Shown piece after piece: positions 38,480 through 51,700 of a stretch of 64,000 bases of DNA. The stretch comes from Ginglymostoma cirratum. Its lineage: Eukaryota. Numbering within the stretch: the first letter of the stretch is position 1; each line of letters starts with the position of its first letter. Where the stretch lies: the NCBI GenBank assembly GCA_024137785.1, contig JAHRHZ010000271.1:21493130-21557129 (forward strand), written 5' to 3'. The notes under the pieces are model-generated. The model was not told where the DNA came from and searched no databases. It saw only the letters and a program-made list of their open reading frames with translations. The translations under genes and the position numbers were made by a program.

Positions 38480-39070
38480 GCATTCTGTATAGAATGCTGA
38501 AGGTAACATCATTGGTATCTTCCAGTTTGCTGCATTCAGGACATCACAGAAACTCTCAGGAAGAACACGTACATCACCTTTCCAATGAACAGAGAAAGCA
38601 AGATGAGAGAGTTCTTGCCTTTGCTCATACTGTTAGAATGCCCACAATCTAAGATGCAATAGACGGCATTCACATTATCTTCTATCCTCCCAATATCATC
38701 CTGATGTTTTTGTGTATAGAAATGAATAATTTGTTTTTAGGCAGTGCATCACACAGTATGTACCTGGTTTCTGGGCAACGGTCATAATTCATTTATCCTC
38801 CACCAATCCTTAGGTTGTCCTTAGGCCATTCCAACAGGTTGAAGTCAAAAGTCAGCAGCAAGGTGATAAGGGATACACATTCATAAATAGTTCATGACTC
38901 CTGCCAGAAACCTGGGCACAGTTGCAGACGGGGCTGATGATGATTATCATATAGCACCTCAAAATATCCTTAAATAGACCATTGGCTCCAGCAGTGCTTC
39001 TACTGGCTGGAGAGTCTGACATGTTTTGAGATTTGTGGCTGCCTGCTGCATAACTTCCTAATAACGAAAG
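38480..39070 (+). pseudogene. Decayed HARBI1-like DDE transposase
   Basis: Collinear motifs YITFP, DAIDGIHI (GAIDGTHI), FLGNGHNSFIL (YPGS.HD.FIL), GDKGY, TIG..QQCF.WL and ..LHNFL, with stops and frameshifts. Confidence 0.75.
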
Positions 39071-39139
39071 ACAGGCCTTTACAACCTCCTCAACACCAGG
39101 AAGTGTAGGAAAGAAGAGGAAATGTCAATAATAAATTTA

Positions 39140-39315
39140 TTAATTCTATTCAAGTCAGAGACAGTTCTATTTTAAAATCAGTAAGGGAATCAAGGGTTAT
39201 GGAGATAAGGCAGGAAAATGGAGTTCAGGATTATCAGATCAGTTGCAATCTCACTGATTGGTGTAACAGACTCCATGGGCTGAATAGCCTACTTCTGCAC
39301 CTACATCTTATGAGT
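39140..39315 (+). mobile_element. CR1 3' tail
   Basis: gtaagggaatcaagggttatggag...atgggctgaatagcctacttctgcacctacatcttatg. Confidence 0.8.
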
Positions 39316-39599
39316 TTAATCTCACATCTAAGTTGGAAGAGTTTCGGCAGAAGATTTGAGTTTACTTAATTAGTTGACTCTTCTTCCTTCTATGTCTCTT
39401 TGGAAGAGACATGGAAGTGAGTTCTAGTCTGCCATTTCAAGCATACCAAAGGGTCTCATGGCACTATTCAAAGATAAGGAGAATTCTCCAGGTCTCAAAG
39501 AGAACGTATCTGGCTAAACCAATGTCATTAAAACATATTACCTGGCCATTAATCTTATTGCTCTTTGTGGAATTCGCTTGCTTTCATTTTAAGAATCAG

Positions 39600-40125
39600 A
39601 GTGATCCACAGCATAGAGAAAGGCCTTTCAGCTCATTACATTCATACCAGTAAAAAACAACTGCCCAACTATTCTAATCCCATTTTCCATCATTTGGCCC
39701 ATAGTCTTGTATGCCTTGACATCACAAGTCGACATCTAAATACTTTTTAAATGTTATGAGAGTTTCTGCCTCCACCACACTCACAGGCAGTGTGTTCCAG
39801 ATTTCCACCACCCTCTTGGTGAGTAAGTTTTTCCTCATATCTCCTCTAAACAATCTGCCCTTTATCTTATAATCTATGCGTCTGTTCATAACCCCCTCCA
39901 TCAAGGGGAAAGGTTTCCTCCTGTCTCCCCTATCTCTGCTCCTCATAATTTTATACATCTCAAATCATGTCCACTGTTAATCTCCTCCAATCGAAGGGAA
40001 AAAAAATCAAAGCTGTCCAATCTCTTCTCACAACTAAAATTCCCCCAGCCCAGGCAACATCCTGGTAAATTTTCTCTGCACCCTTTCCAGTGCTAGCACA
40101 TCCCTCCTATAACAATGAATGCATT
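39600..40125 (-). mobile_element. CR1 LINE 3' end
   Basis: ORFs read RDVLALERVQRKFTRMLPGL and MYKIMRSRDR...RVVEIWNTLPVSVVEAETLITFKKYLD. Confidence 0.9.
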
Positions 40126-41174
40126 CCAAAATGCTTTGTAGAGTATAGTGCACTGTGGGACATTCTGAAGCAATGAAACTTCTTTGTAAATTCTGTGCTG
40201 TAAGGACAAAATAAAAGATTTTATTTAGAAGTTTTAGCCGCTGAAGCAACACCTTTGAGTTGCTAAACACCAGAAATTCGGGTTTAGAAATGACGTATTA
40301 ACTTACAGAAAAATGTTGATCTGAGGGAAATAACAGTGAATGAATTTGTTAGAAAATGTCCTTCATTCATCAGGCATACAATGAACATTTGTGATCAAAG
40401 TGTTCAGTTTCTCAAATACTAACTACAAAACAAGATGAATATTTGACTATGGATCTCACCTATGGGTTTGAACATTCACAAGTTTTAAACGTGTTGACTT
40501 ATTGGTGAGCCACATTGTGCATGGCTATAAGCAGCAAATCACCAATCAGTAGAGTAGATACATTGCAGGATGCTGTCAATGTATCCAGTTTTTTATTTCT
40601 GATGGGCTTCTTTTTGCTCTATTTCCTGTATTAATTATATTGCTGTTAGTGTAATCATTTTTTGTAATACTTACCCTCAAGATATTAAAGAAGGCTAATG
40701 TACTAAATAAGACTGAAGCTATTTTGCAATGTATTTATGTCCTTCTTGTCTGGTTGTGAACTCTAGTGCGCTGGTTCTAAACTGACAATTATTACATACT
40801 ATAAATACATTTCAGGTGACCTTCACCGATTAGTTTATGTACCTTTTTATATGACTTTGCAAACTAAATAATACTTTGATTGTATGTGTGTTATTAGCTT
40901 TGAAAAGTATGTTGTATTCATTGTCATTATTATTTTGAACAACATCGAGCTTTATTGTGTGTATGTGTGCGTGAATGAATTTAATGTTCTTATTTTTAGG
41001 GTTCTTGGATCAAAGACCCTTATTCATGCTACGTTGTAATTTTATGAAACTCAAGTTTCAATTGGAAAATAATTTTACTCATAAGTTATTATCAGCCATA
41101 GAAACCAGTAAGTTCTACAGTACTAAGAATTGAATGTATTCAACTTCAATGGAACAGCATTAGCCTTTTGAGGG

Positions 41175-41720
41175 AACTTTAGAACAAGATTAGATCATTT
41201 AATCTGTTCCACCATTTAATGAAATCATGGCATTCTGTGTCTAACTTGAATGCCTTTGCATCAAAACACTTTCACAAAAATCTATCAGTTAGATTACAAA
41301 TTGTTAATTTTTTTAGCTTTTGTTAATGTGTTTTAAAGAGTGTTCAAACCTTCTCCCTTGCTTTGAGTGCAAAAGTGCTTCCCATTTTTATTACTGAAGG
41401 TCCTGGTTTTAATTTTTAGGCTACACCCCTGGTCCTAGATTCCTCCACTAGTGGGCATAGTTCCCTTTTATCTCCCATATTTGCTCCTGTTACCAACTTG
41501 AAACCTGTTTGATAGTAAAATGCTTACATGATTAAAAGTCTCCAGCATCAAATCCTGTATGCTGCACCATATTGCATCAGCTGCCTGTCATAAGTTTCTT
41601 CTAGTTTTATTTTCGATGGAAAAGTTTCCAGTACCTTGATATATTTACCAGAGTATCAAAACTTGAACTGTACATAATACTCCAAGCATTGACATACCAG
41701 TGCATTATACAGACATATTC
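41175..41720 (-). mobile_element. Highly decayed CR1 3' fragment
   Basis: CR1 tail motifs (ccaccatttaatgaaatcatggc; cccctggtcctagattcctccact; gaactgtacataatactccaag). Confidence 0.6.
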
Positions 41721-42505
41721 TTGCTTGTTGCATGATGTTGCACGGGAGTGGCACCTATGGCATTGTACAAACTTCTTGAAACAAATAGGCAGACCTTAGT
41801 CGATCTGGTGCTAAACTCTCAATTCTGTGGGAGGAAAATGTTTGGTAGTTTCTGCGGTGTGCTTATAGCGTGCACTGACCTAATTAGTGGCTACAAAATT
41901 ATGTTAATTCATTGTAATTGGCTCCACAACAAATTCTTTTTGGCATTTTGCGATGCTGGGCACCAGTATGAAACAAAGCCTGGGAGACCACTCATTCAGT
42001 TAGTACAAGCCTTCTTAAACTGATATTTTAACCCATGACTTCTACTGGATATTTTTAAGTTGCCAAAGTGAACTCTGCTTATTATTCATCTTGCATTTAG
42101 TTTTTCACTAAGTATATTTTTAAAGATAATTCAGTGCTCCAGTGTGTACTGCTCTAATTTTAATATTCTTATTGTCACCTGACCCCAGTTGTCCCTACAA
42201 CTTCAGACACAATATTTACCCTTGAATTCTATACGGTCGCCAGTGGACATTCTTATTTGAAGGAGGCGGAGTAGATTCCCTGAAGGGAGGAGTGGCAAGT
42301 GCATTTGAACCTCTGATCTGATATCCATTATCAGGTGGACTTAAGTAATATGACCCAAGCTGACTTATTTGGGCACATGTGGAGAGACTGTGGTATGCTT
42401 AATTAGGCAGGCAATCACCAAGGTGTGTGGCAATCACAGGAAATTGATATATAGGCTACATCTAGCACAAGCTTAGCCCTGTCCATCACCTTCAAAGTCA
42501 CCCTC

Positions 42506-43450
42506 TCACAACAGGCAAGGGAGCTGACGTGAAGTTTGAGTCAATTTTGGATTTTTTTTGCCCATCATTTTCTCATTCCTCTCAATTCCACTATTGGAAC
42601 TGGTCTTACCTTTGTGAACCACCGAATGTGGAATGCAGTGGTGGATGGGAGCCTCAAAGAAAATAACATTAAAGCTGCTGACTAAGTACTTGGTAACAGC
42701 ACAACATTGCAAAAAAGCTGATCAGAAACTTTCAATAAACTTACAATTAATGAATCATTGGACTTAATAGATACTCTCACCTCTTCAATGCACCTCCCTA
42801 TGCCTAGACTCACTTGCACATAGATAGTAAGAAGGCAACAACATTAATGAAGTGGAGAATTGGACATATGATGTTAATTCAGCTCTTTGAGCTCATATAC
42901 AATGTGATACATTGTGAAACATCTAGGCTATTTTATCCAACTTACAGAGCCACAACTCTACATTTCTGATGATATTGGTCATGTTTATTACATTACTTTG
43001 CTGAGTTGTTAAAATCTTTGTTATGACAGTTAATACAATTAATATCATTGCTTTATTGACAGCTCTGTCTCCACAGAAGTAAAAGAAAGAACTTTAACCT
43101 AAAAAAGTCAGTAGATTTAGGAGTGGGCAGTGTGGTAAATGGCAGAAGTTGGCACAAAGTCAGGATCCATTGGCAATCACTGACTTCAGCCTTATATATT
43201 AATCCATTGGTTGAAAGCAGGAAATCTCATTGAGATAAATGTGTTGTTAATTGCAATATGTTAAAATTGGCAACTGCTTTAACTTAGATTTTGGAAATTA
43301 ACTGAAAGTGCCCTAATTTCAAAAGCTTCTTGGAAGTCACTAGTCAAAGCAAAGTGAAGGAATAGTGGAATTGAGAGGAATGAGAAAATGATGGGCAAAA
43401 AAAATCCAAAATTGACACAAACTTCACATCAGTTCCCTTGCCCTTTGTGA
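42506..43450. repeat. 90-bp inverted repeat with 765-bp spacer
   Basis: 42506-42595 is the reverse complement of 43361-43450 at 85/90 positions, and the inner ~56 bp are identical. Confidence 0.95.
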
Positions 43451-43852
43451 AAAGTTTTTGCTCATGCACATGTTCTGAGAATGTGCCTTCACTTGATGGA
43501 GGTGATGCCCAAAGGTTTGGAAGTCATTTTAACTGCCATGGAGATGTGTGACTTATCCATCTTTCCCATCTGTCAATCATCAATGCAGCTTGGATGTAAT
43601 ATAACTTGGACCTCAGATGGGGATCAAAATGACCAACAACACCAATAGCTCTAACAATATTCAGCTCACCTTCAATCACTAAAAAGTCATCCTGTTGCAA
43701 GATCTCATGGAGATACCTTGACAATTTCAGCTGCTCTGAGCTTTTTCACACCTTTCAGTAGAGTTCAAGGTTGACTCCTCTGGGACTATAGCTACCCACT
43801 GAATGCCTGGTTGAGGACACCCATTAGGAAACCAGAAATCTAGAAGAGAAGG

Positions 43853-44419
43853 AGATAAAAGGTACTGCAGATGCTGGAGAATCTGAGATAACAAGGTGTG
43901 GAGCTGGATGAACACAGCAGGCCAAGCAGCATCATAGNNNNNNNNNNNNNNNNNNNNNNNNNNNNNNNNNNNNNNNNNNNNNNNNNNNNNNNNNNNNNNN
44001 NNNNNNNNNNNNNNNNNNNNNNNNNNNNNNNNNNNNNNNNNNNNNNNNNNNNNNNNNNNNNNNNNNNNNNNNNNNNNNNNNNNNNNNNNNNNNNNNNNNN
44101 NNNNNNNNNNNNNNNNNNNNNNNNNNNNNNNNNNNNNNNNNNNNNNNNNNNNNNNNNNNNNNNNNNNNNNNNNNNNNNNNNNNNNNNNNNNNNNNNNNNN
44201 NNNNNNNNNNNNNNNNNNNNNNNNNNNNNNNNNNNNNNNNNNNNNNNNNNNNNNNNNNNNNNNNNNNNNNNNNNNNNNNNNNNNNNNNNNNNNNNNNNNN
44301 NNNNNNNNNNNNNNNNNNNNNNNNNNNNNNNNNNNNNGGGTCTAGGCCCGAAACGTCAAGCTTTCCTGCTTCTATGATGCTGCTTGGCCTGCTGTGTTCA
44401 TCCAGCTCCACACCTTGTT
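43853..44419 (-). mobile_element. Young palindromic PLE-derived insertion spanning the assembly gap, 15-bp TSD
   Basis: TSD atctagaagagaagg at 43838-43852 and 44420-44434. Arms are inverted on either side of the N run. gggtctaggcccGAAACGTC at 44338-44357. Confidence 0.9.
43938..44337. other. Assembly gap (400 N)
   Basis: Run of N. Confidence 1.
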
Positions 44420-45289
44420 ATCTAGAAGAGAAGGTTTGGTTTATGGCTTGGTTCCAATTTTGGAACCTATTTGCATGTCTCTTTGGGTAACTTGTGGCTT
44501 GATGTGTATTAGGGAAAGTCTCCTCTATCGTGGAGTGACTAGAGGCTGACTCTACCAGTAGTTTCTCCAAAACACTTTTTATTTATTTTTTATAACATAC
44601 TTTGTTGTAAATCTTCTCCAGTATAGACTGTTCCTTCTCAGACTATAACACATAACTGCTAATGGTACTGCCATATCATCAGATACATCACTATCTCATT
44701 ACTGTATACACCTGATCAAAAAGATGTTACTGACCAAGATGGTAATGCTGTACTTTAGGTGACAGGACACATCTGGGGCATTTTCCGGTATGCACAGTTC
44801 AGCTATCAAGACTAATAGTGGTGTATTGCACTTTGTACCACATAAGGTAGCAGCAAGGACTGGAGTTCTATGTGGGAGGAAATGCTGAGTAAATAACTTT
44901 TTCTTCAGAGTAAGAGAGAGATGAGGTGTAGTAACATGAGTAGATGGGCATCATGTGGTGAGGAAACTAACAGTAAGGTACACAGCTCCCATGCAGTCTT
45001 ATCAGCTTAGCCGTGACACAGTTCAGCTAGACTGAAGCAGTGATGTATTTGATAGCCAAATTCCAAGCTGACATGGCTCCCAACACCTCTAACACAAAAT
45101 AATTGTACAATTTGTAAACCAGCCTTATCAGAAATGCACATCAAAAGTGAAGAGGTCTCTTAATAAGCATCAGTCAAAAATGAGCTGCTGAAGCCAAATC
45201 AGCATGAGTGAGTGTCATATGCTATCTGGATATGTGGTGTTCAGTTCTGTTATTAAGTAGTTCAGAGGGCCCCATCTCTAACAGCTAGG

Positions 45290-45900
45290 CAGTGGGACAC
45301 TTGGCTTATTTCCTGCAACTCCTCCTCTGCAGCTGTCAGCATAGAGATGGCCAGCTCTTTGTTACTCCTTCATGGGCTCTGCTCATTTATTCTATAAGGG
45401 TAGACGGATACACCTGAATGGAAGAAATGGCATGTGTTGAGTAGAGAATCAAATGTCATTTATGAAGATTGGCTGTGAGGGACAGGTTTGACATTGCATT
45501 AGGATGAAGATGTGACTAGGAAATAGGTGGGAGATGGGAGAAGGGAAGAGGAAAGGGTGCACCTGCAAGATCATATCAGCTGGGAAAGACTTAGGAAGGC
45601 AAACTGAAAGGTGTGCACGGTCAGATGCATATCAAAATATACTTGAATATGACATACCATTCCCCTTCCTAACTTGAGTAGGTAATTAACTTTCTTTCAG
45701 CTCCACATCCAGAAATAAGGCATCACTCTCCTGCTGCTAAACTTCTGAGCAATTTCAACCCTGTGCTCTTGTGCCCTGAGACTGACAACTTCCTCCTGTT
45801 GGTGAGAAAGATAATCTTTCCATGGGCCTGTGGAGCCCTCAGGATCAGTCCTTGAAAGCTTCAGTGAAACAAGGAGCCTTCTTGTAACATTGTGAACCCA
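45290..45900 (-). pseudogene. Decayed Harbinger-type Myb/SANT-like gene
   Basis: Minus-strand ..VEIAQKFSSRRVMPYFWMWS*KKVNYLLK, a pyrimidine-rich intron, then an exon ending ..ISMLTAAEEELQEI. Confidence 0.45.
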
Positions 45901-47007
45901 TTGCTGCAGTTTTGCAATCTGTTGACACATTCAGATAACTTTTCAACTTTAATTCTTGCATGTTCCCCTTAAAACCTCTGAAGTACACTCATGCAGCTTG
46001 TTATCATGCTCACTCACACTAATTGGTTACTAAACCAAGAAGTCAAGTGCTCATGCATGGGCTGCATTAAAATGCTACTGACTAATATGCTGCTGAAATC
46101 TCCAGCTTCTCAATGCTCTATTGGGCTCCTCTACCACCTGCACATTAGGCAATTGGAATCCAGCCAAAGGTGTAAAACACAAGAATATTTTAGCAAAAGG
46201 CAGTTCACGAGATTGAGCAAGTAATAAGAAAACATCTGCTCTTTCGTATTAGGGAAGTTTTCTATCCCAAAATGCTGTGAAAAACGCTGACGAGATTTTG
46301 CTGAGTGGTTGGTTTGACCTGAAGAAAATATATTTTATAAAGGAAATAATTTCTGACAAACGTGTTGCATTCCTCCTGTAGAACTTTCATTTACAAATTA
46401 ATTGAATTTATTCAATCTAGTTTCTGAGAAAATGGTTTGGTGTTTAACATTATTTGCCTTTCAGATTGGCAGAAAGTATAATGAGACTTCTGTACTGATT
46501 CTAAATGGAAGGGTAAATGTTAATGTGGCACCAAGCAACTGAACATGCACACAATAACAGCAAGTTGAATTGATATCATGTCTTCAATGTAATAAAACAT
46601 TACAAGGTTTGAAGGAGCATCTTGAATGAAGAAAAAGAAAAGTGCAGAATCAGAGAGGCTTTGGAGGATGAAGCCCATTCATGGTTTACCTGAGGCGTTA
46701 CAACAGAATTTTTTGTTCAAACACCGCAACTGTAAAAATTGAAGTTGCGCTATACTCCCCAAAAAAATCTTGGATGATTTGAAAAAAAGACTCCAACCCA
46801 GTCCATGATCAGTGTCATAACTCTTCTGGCATTGTCAATCTACAGCAATCTTGTTATTTACAGGCAGTCCCTGAGTTGTGAACTGGTTCTATTCTGGAGT
46901 CCATTTGCAAGTCAATCTGTAGGGAAGTTGGAACACAATGCAGGGCGATGTAAACCAGCTGTTTATCAGAACAAGAAATGTTCATGGATCAAATGTTTAA
47001 AATTCAT

Positions 47008-47090
47008 CTGACGAAAAAGCATCGTTCCAAAAGCTTGTAATTTCAAATAAACCTGTTGGACTATAATCTAGTGTCATGTGACTTCTGACT
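47008..47090 (+). mobile_element. Terminal fragment of a further PLE family with hammerhead remnant
   Basis: CTGACGA-aaaagcatcgttcc-AAAA-GCTT followed by tcaaataaacctgttggactataa. Confidence 0.6.
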
Positions 47091-48299
47091 CATATTTAAA
47101 ATTACACCCCTGTATGGACAGCATTTATAAATACAAACATTCATTAAGTTGGATGATCGTAAATCGAGGACCTCTTGTATATCACTTGACTTCTGTCTTG
47201 AATTTCAATACATTGTTGATAATTACCTTAGCCAATGGTAAATTCTTTGCTAGAAGCAAGCTTCAAACCTTTCACTAAAACAGCATCATATCATCTCCCA
47301 CTGAAACCATGTTCATGGCGATCTATGTTCCCACAATAGTCATGTTTAAGATGTTGTCAAAATAATTTTTGAAATGAAAATCATACTCTTTAATTTTGAA
47401 TAAGTTAAAACAAAGTTATAAAGAAGTAAGCGATTATTTGTACAACATGGGCGGGAAATGTATTAAATGGTAACATGGTTATAAAGCTATACTATATCTA
47501 ATTTTTTGTTTGTTCCTGTTGTTAATACTGCATGTCACACTCCCAGACTGGAGGCTTGTTTATTTACAAATTGGAAATTCTGTGAGATCACATAACTTGA
47601 GATCACATGATTAAAGACGTAAGTTTTGAAGAACTCTTTTACTTATTCAACGCAAACACATTGCGAACACCCATCACAAAAAAAGGAACATTTCTCAGTT
47701 TTTGATAATGTCGCTGGTGTGGGACATATGAGCATGAATAATGCAGAGGGTGGCAGGAGGGGAAATGATTTTCGCTAAACTTCTGATAAATTGTTTGTGC
47801 AAGTAAGTTGCAGTTTTCACAGAAATGAAAGCACCATGTAAAAATCTGGAAAAGTTTTTCTTCCCCAAATATTTAGTTCTTGAACATAACAAATTTTAGT
47901 TTCTGAGTACACAAGTTGGCACCGACTTAAAACATTTGGAACTATTTTGTGCCTGACGTGCATAGTTGTCATTGTTTCCCCAGTCAAGGAACAATCAGAG
48001 GTTTTGGCTCCTTTGTAATATTCCCATTCCTCCTTTATAACATTGATTGCAAATGTTACTAAGCCTTGCACATGAGCAAATATTTCCCCAGGTGACCTCG
48101 AAACTTAAATTTCATTGAGAATACAGGCAAATTAAACTTTTCATGTTGATCTCATATTCCTCCTGATACAATTTAATCAGTATTAATTTCTATGTTTTAA
48201 AAAAGCTTCCAAAAATTGTTAAAAATGCATATGTTTCTTTAGTTCAGATATGGAAGAGTAACATATTAACGCAAATTTATCATACCAGAACTTCATAAA

Positions 48300-48700
48300 T
48301 AATTGGTTAGGCTTCAGCTTGAGTATTGTGATCAATATTATGGACAATTCTGGACACCATTCTTCAGAAAAGATATAAAGGTCTTAGAAAGGATATAGAA
48401 TGGTCTTACAATGATGTTATCAGAAATGAGGGAGAGCTGTGAACTCCATTTTAAAAAAAAGCCCAAGCAAGTTTCTTGCTAGTGGCATACATGTCTAAAA
48501 TGAAAGAGAGCGGATCAATCCTTTTGCACACCAAATGTCTTTTGAAATATGTGCATTCATTCAGAGCAAAAAATTATTTTTTCCAGGGGAGTTGAGGAAA
48601 ATTGGAATTTTCTTCTTGGAACAGAGAATGGTAAGAGTTCATCTAATAAATATATTCAAGATGATCACATGTCTTGTTAGAATGGATAGGAAAATTGATG
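48300..48700 (+). mobile_element. Decayed CR1 fragment with internal interruption
   Basis: cagcttgagtattgtg..caattctggacacca..agaaaagatataaaggtcttagaaagg (LEYC..QFW.P..RKDIK.LER). Confidence 0.6.
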
Positions 48701-51700
48701 AAATCTAATATGTAGGAAGTCTTAATAATGCGCTTAATATTAACTTCAGTCCTGTCCTGATTATCATTTGAAAACTGTGATTAAACACATATGCAATAAC
48801 AATAAAGTGTGTACAGGAAACATCTATTTATATTCAGTAACTATTGCTCTGATGATTCAACTGGTTTCAGCAGTGTATAGCCAAGTCACACTAATCACAA
48901 ATATTGCAGGTTTAAATTCCAGTCTGGGTCAGCTGTTTACAGTCAAACAGTACAATTGCCTTTGGTACCCCTGATCTGGGAGGGAATATCAGCCTAGTTT
49001 CTCACTGTAAGCCACAGTTCAATGTCTATTGAATGTGTGTGTTTGTGGATATTGGGTTAGAAAAAACAAAATCATAATGTAATACTCGTTCCATTCACAT
49101 AGTGTGTTGATGTACAATCCCACTAATTACCCATGTACACCAGAGAACTGGGATGCTGAACCTATTTGGTGCCTTAGAAACCATAACCTGTCAAGGAGTC
49201 AGCAAAAAAGAACAAAATTGTCAGCAAAAAAGATCGGAAATGAAAGCAAAAACGTAAATACCTATGAAAAGGATCCTGCAATTTGATACAACTTTGAACA
49301 AGTAATGTGAAATACAAAATGGTGTTCCAATCATTACATAAAAGGATTTCATTTTTAAATTAATGAACTTTATCATATTATGATAAAGGGATTTGATGTA
49401 TTGTGAGACTAGGCTGTGATTCTAAACATGCAGTTCTGTTAATTTTGCCCATTATCACTAAGTCTTTATATATTTCTTTTGTTTTTGTCATTTAGAAAGA
49501 TGGTTATTTAATTAAATGTAACCAAAATTCTTGCAGCTAATTTGATTAGTTCTTGTCAGCTGAATTTGTATTTTTTTTGTAACTTTTCATGCTATGTAGG
49601 GCGATATTAAAATCATAGAACAATCATCATCAAGAATAATTGTACTTTGACAAAAGTATACATTTATATGGATATCCTATCATTCACTTTAAACATCAAT
49701 ATCAAGATGTTTGGAAGGAAATAATATGTAGCTGAGTGGTAAAACTAAATGATGATACTGTTTGTTTCCTTGAACTATGCACTATTTTCTCCCAGGTTTT
49801 GGAAGACTATTTAATTTCTCAAGTACACCCTTCTAATGCATGACATTATGGCTGATCTGCCCCTCAACCCTACTTCCCACTTTTTTATACATGTTTGCTT
49901 CTTTTGTTATTTTCTTTCTGTTTCAGCAGCAACCAGAGGAAAGTTTGACATAATTTAGAAAATGGAAACTGGTACTTTCCATGCTGTTTTACATTGGAAA
50001 ATGCAGCAAATAGAGAATTATTTAAACACTTGCAAAAGTTTAGAAAGAAATACTTGGAGGAAAACATTGAGTAAAATATTATAACAAAGGATAATCTAGT
50101 CAAGAAGTTAATTTGAAATAGTTACCTGAAAAATTAATATCTTCTTGACAACTGGTGCTTTCTTAAATTCAATACCTGTAATTTTTCCACGAATTGTCTC
50201 ATACACTGTGGATCTACTCAGTGACTCTCTAGAATCATAATCAGTTAAGCAGAGGAAAATTATTTAAACTGCACTATTATGCTTGGCCAGAAGTTCAAAT
50301 CCAACGGATAAAGAACGGAATACAATAAAATAATGTTACTTCTATAAACGCCAGTTTCCCTCCCTGCATATATTCCATTTAAAGTATTGGCAGCTGGGGA
50401 ATTTATAACACATAGAACCACAACTTGTGTGGTCTAAGATCTGTTTTTATTTCCCTCACAGGTAAGAGTTCACCTGTATTCCAAATCAGTCTGCACAGTG
50501 ACACTGCCAGCTAAGATTTAACTGAGTTACATACCAATGTGTATTACGAATTTAGACAGGATTTAAAAAAAATAACAAACAAATTGGGGAGGGATGCCAA
50601 GCAGAATTTTTTTTTTTCCCAGTTGACAACCTTTAAGTTGTACAAATTTTACTGAGGTAGTTGCATATTCAAGAATTGGGTCCTATCATATTTACCACTG
50701 AAATCAATTAGCAAGTTTAAAATTAGGTGCACCAATTTATCCTCAGAAGGTAAAATCACAGATTCACATTATTCCTGGTCTATTAGAATAGCCTACTACA
50801 TGATATATACAGAGACAAGAATTATAAATATTGACGTGCATAGCTGGGCCACTTCCTATTGATACAAACAAACCATGTTGAAATTCTCCTTCTGGTTCCA
50901 CTTTTGCTGTCAACATGAAGAATTGTTGAGCAACATTGCTTGCTCGGAACAATTGGTGTATTTAAACATCGTGCTAGTTATGCAAAGTGTACATTTAAGT
51001 TTAGCTTTACGAAAGGTTATTAGAATCAGCTGTTTATTTGCAAAACCACATGGTTGAGAATATTTATCCACAGCTATCAGTTTCTGCATACCTCAAATAT
51101 TTTTCTGTAAAGTTTGAAATGATATGGAATCTATTAATATTTTTTCCACTAGCCTAATTTCTGTTGGTGCTTTTAACAAAGGAGAATATTGATGAACAAG
51201 ATTTGGTGGATAATGTGAATTAATTTCCTGAAACGATATGCTGGTTTGAATTATGAACAGTTTAACATCCTAACACTTACTGTGCTTTCTATAGGTATAA
51301 AGTTTGAAATGTTTAAGCAATATTTCCAATACTAATTCTGTGCTTTGCCTTTCTAAATATATTGCAAAACATGCTTCTTTAAATAGTGAAAAACACATCT
51401 CAATGTACATTTTGTTACACGGATTCTCTCAGAATGGGCCATATAAGGATCAGATTATGTCAAATTTCTTCACAGAAAATCTTATGGCTATTTATATTCC
51501 ATGGATGTGGAGGTTTTGTGGTGGAAGGTGAGGGATAATGGTGGGGAGGGGTTGGTAGAGTTGGAGCTCCACAAATATGGAACTTTAATTCCACAGCGTG
51601 TGATTCGTTTTTTCAACAGGTTCCCTGCGCAAAAAAAGCCAAGTCTGTTAATCAAACTGATTTCTGGGTAGAGAGGATTCTGGTGGTTCTGGAGGATTCT

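Noticed and set aside
43898-44411. Two 159-aa ORFs
   Set aside because: Artefacts of translation through the N gap between inverted arms.
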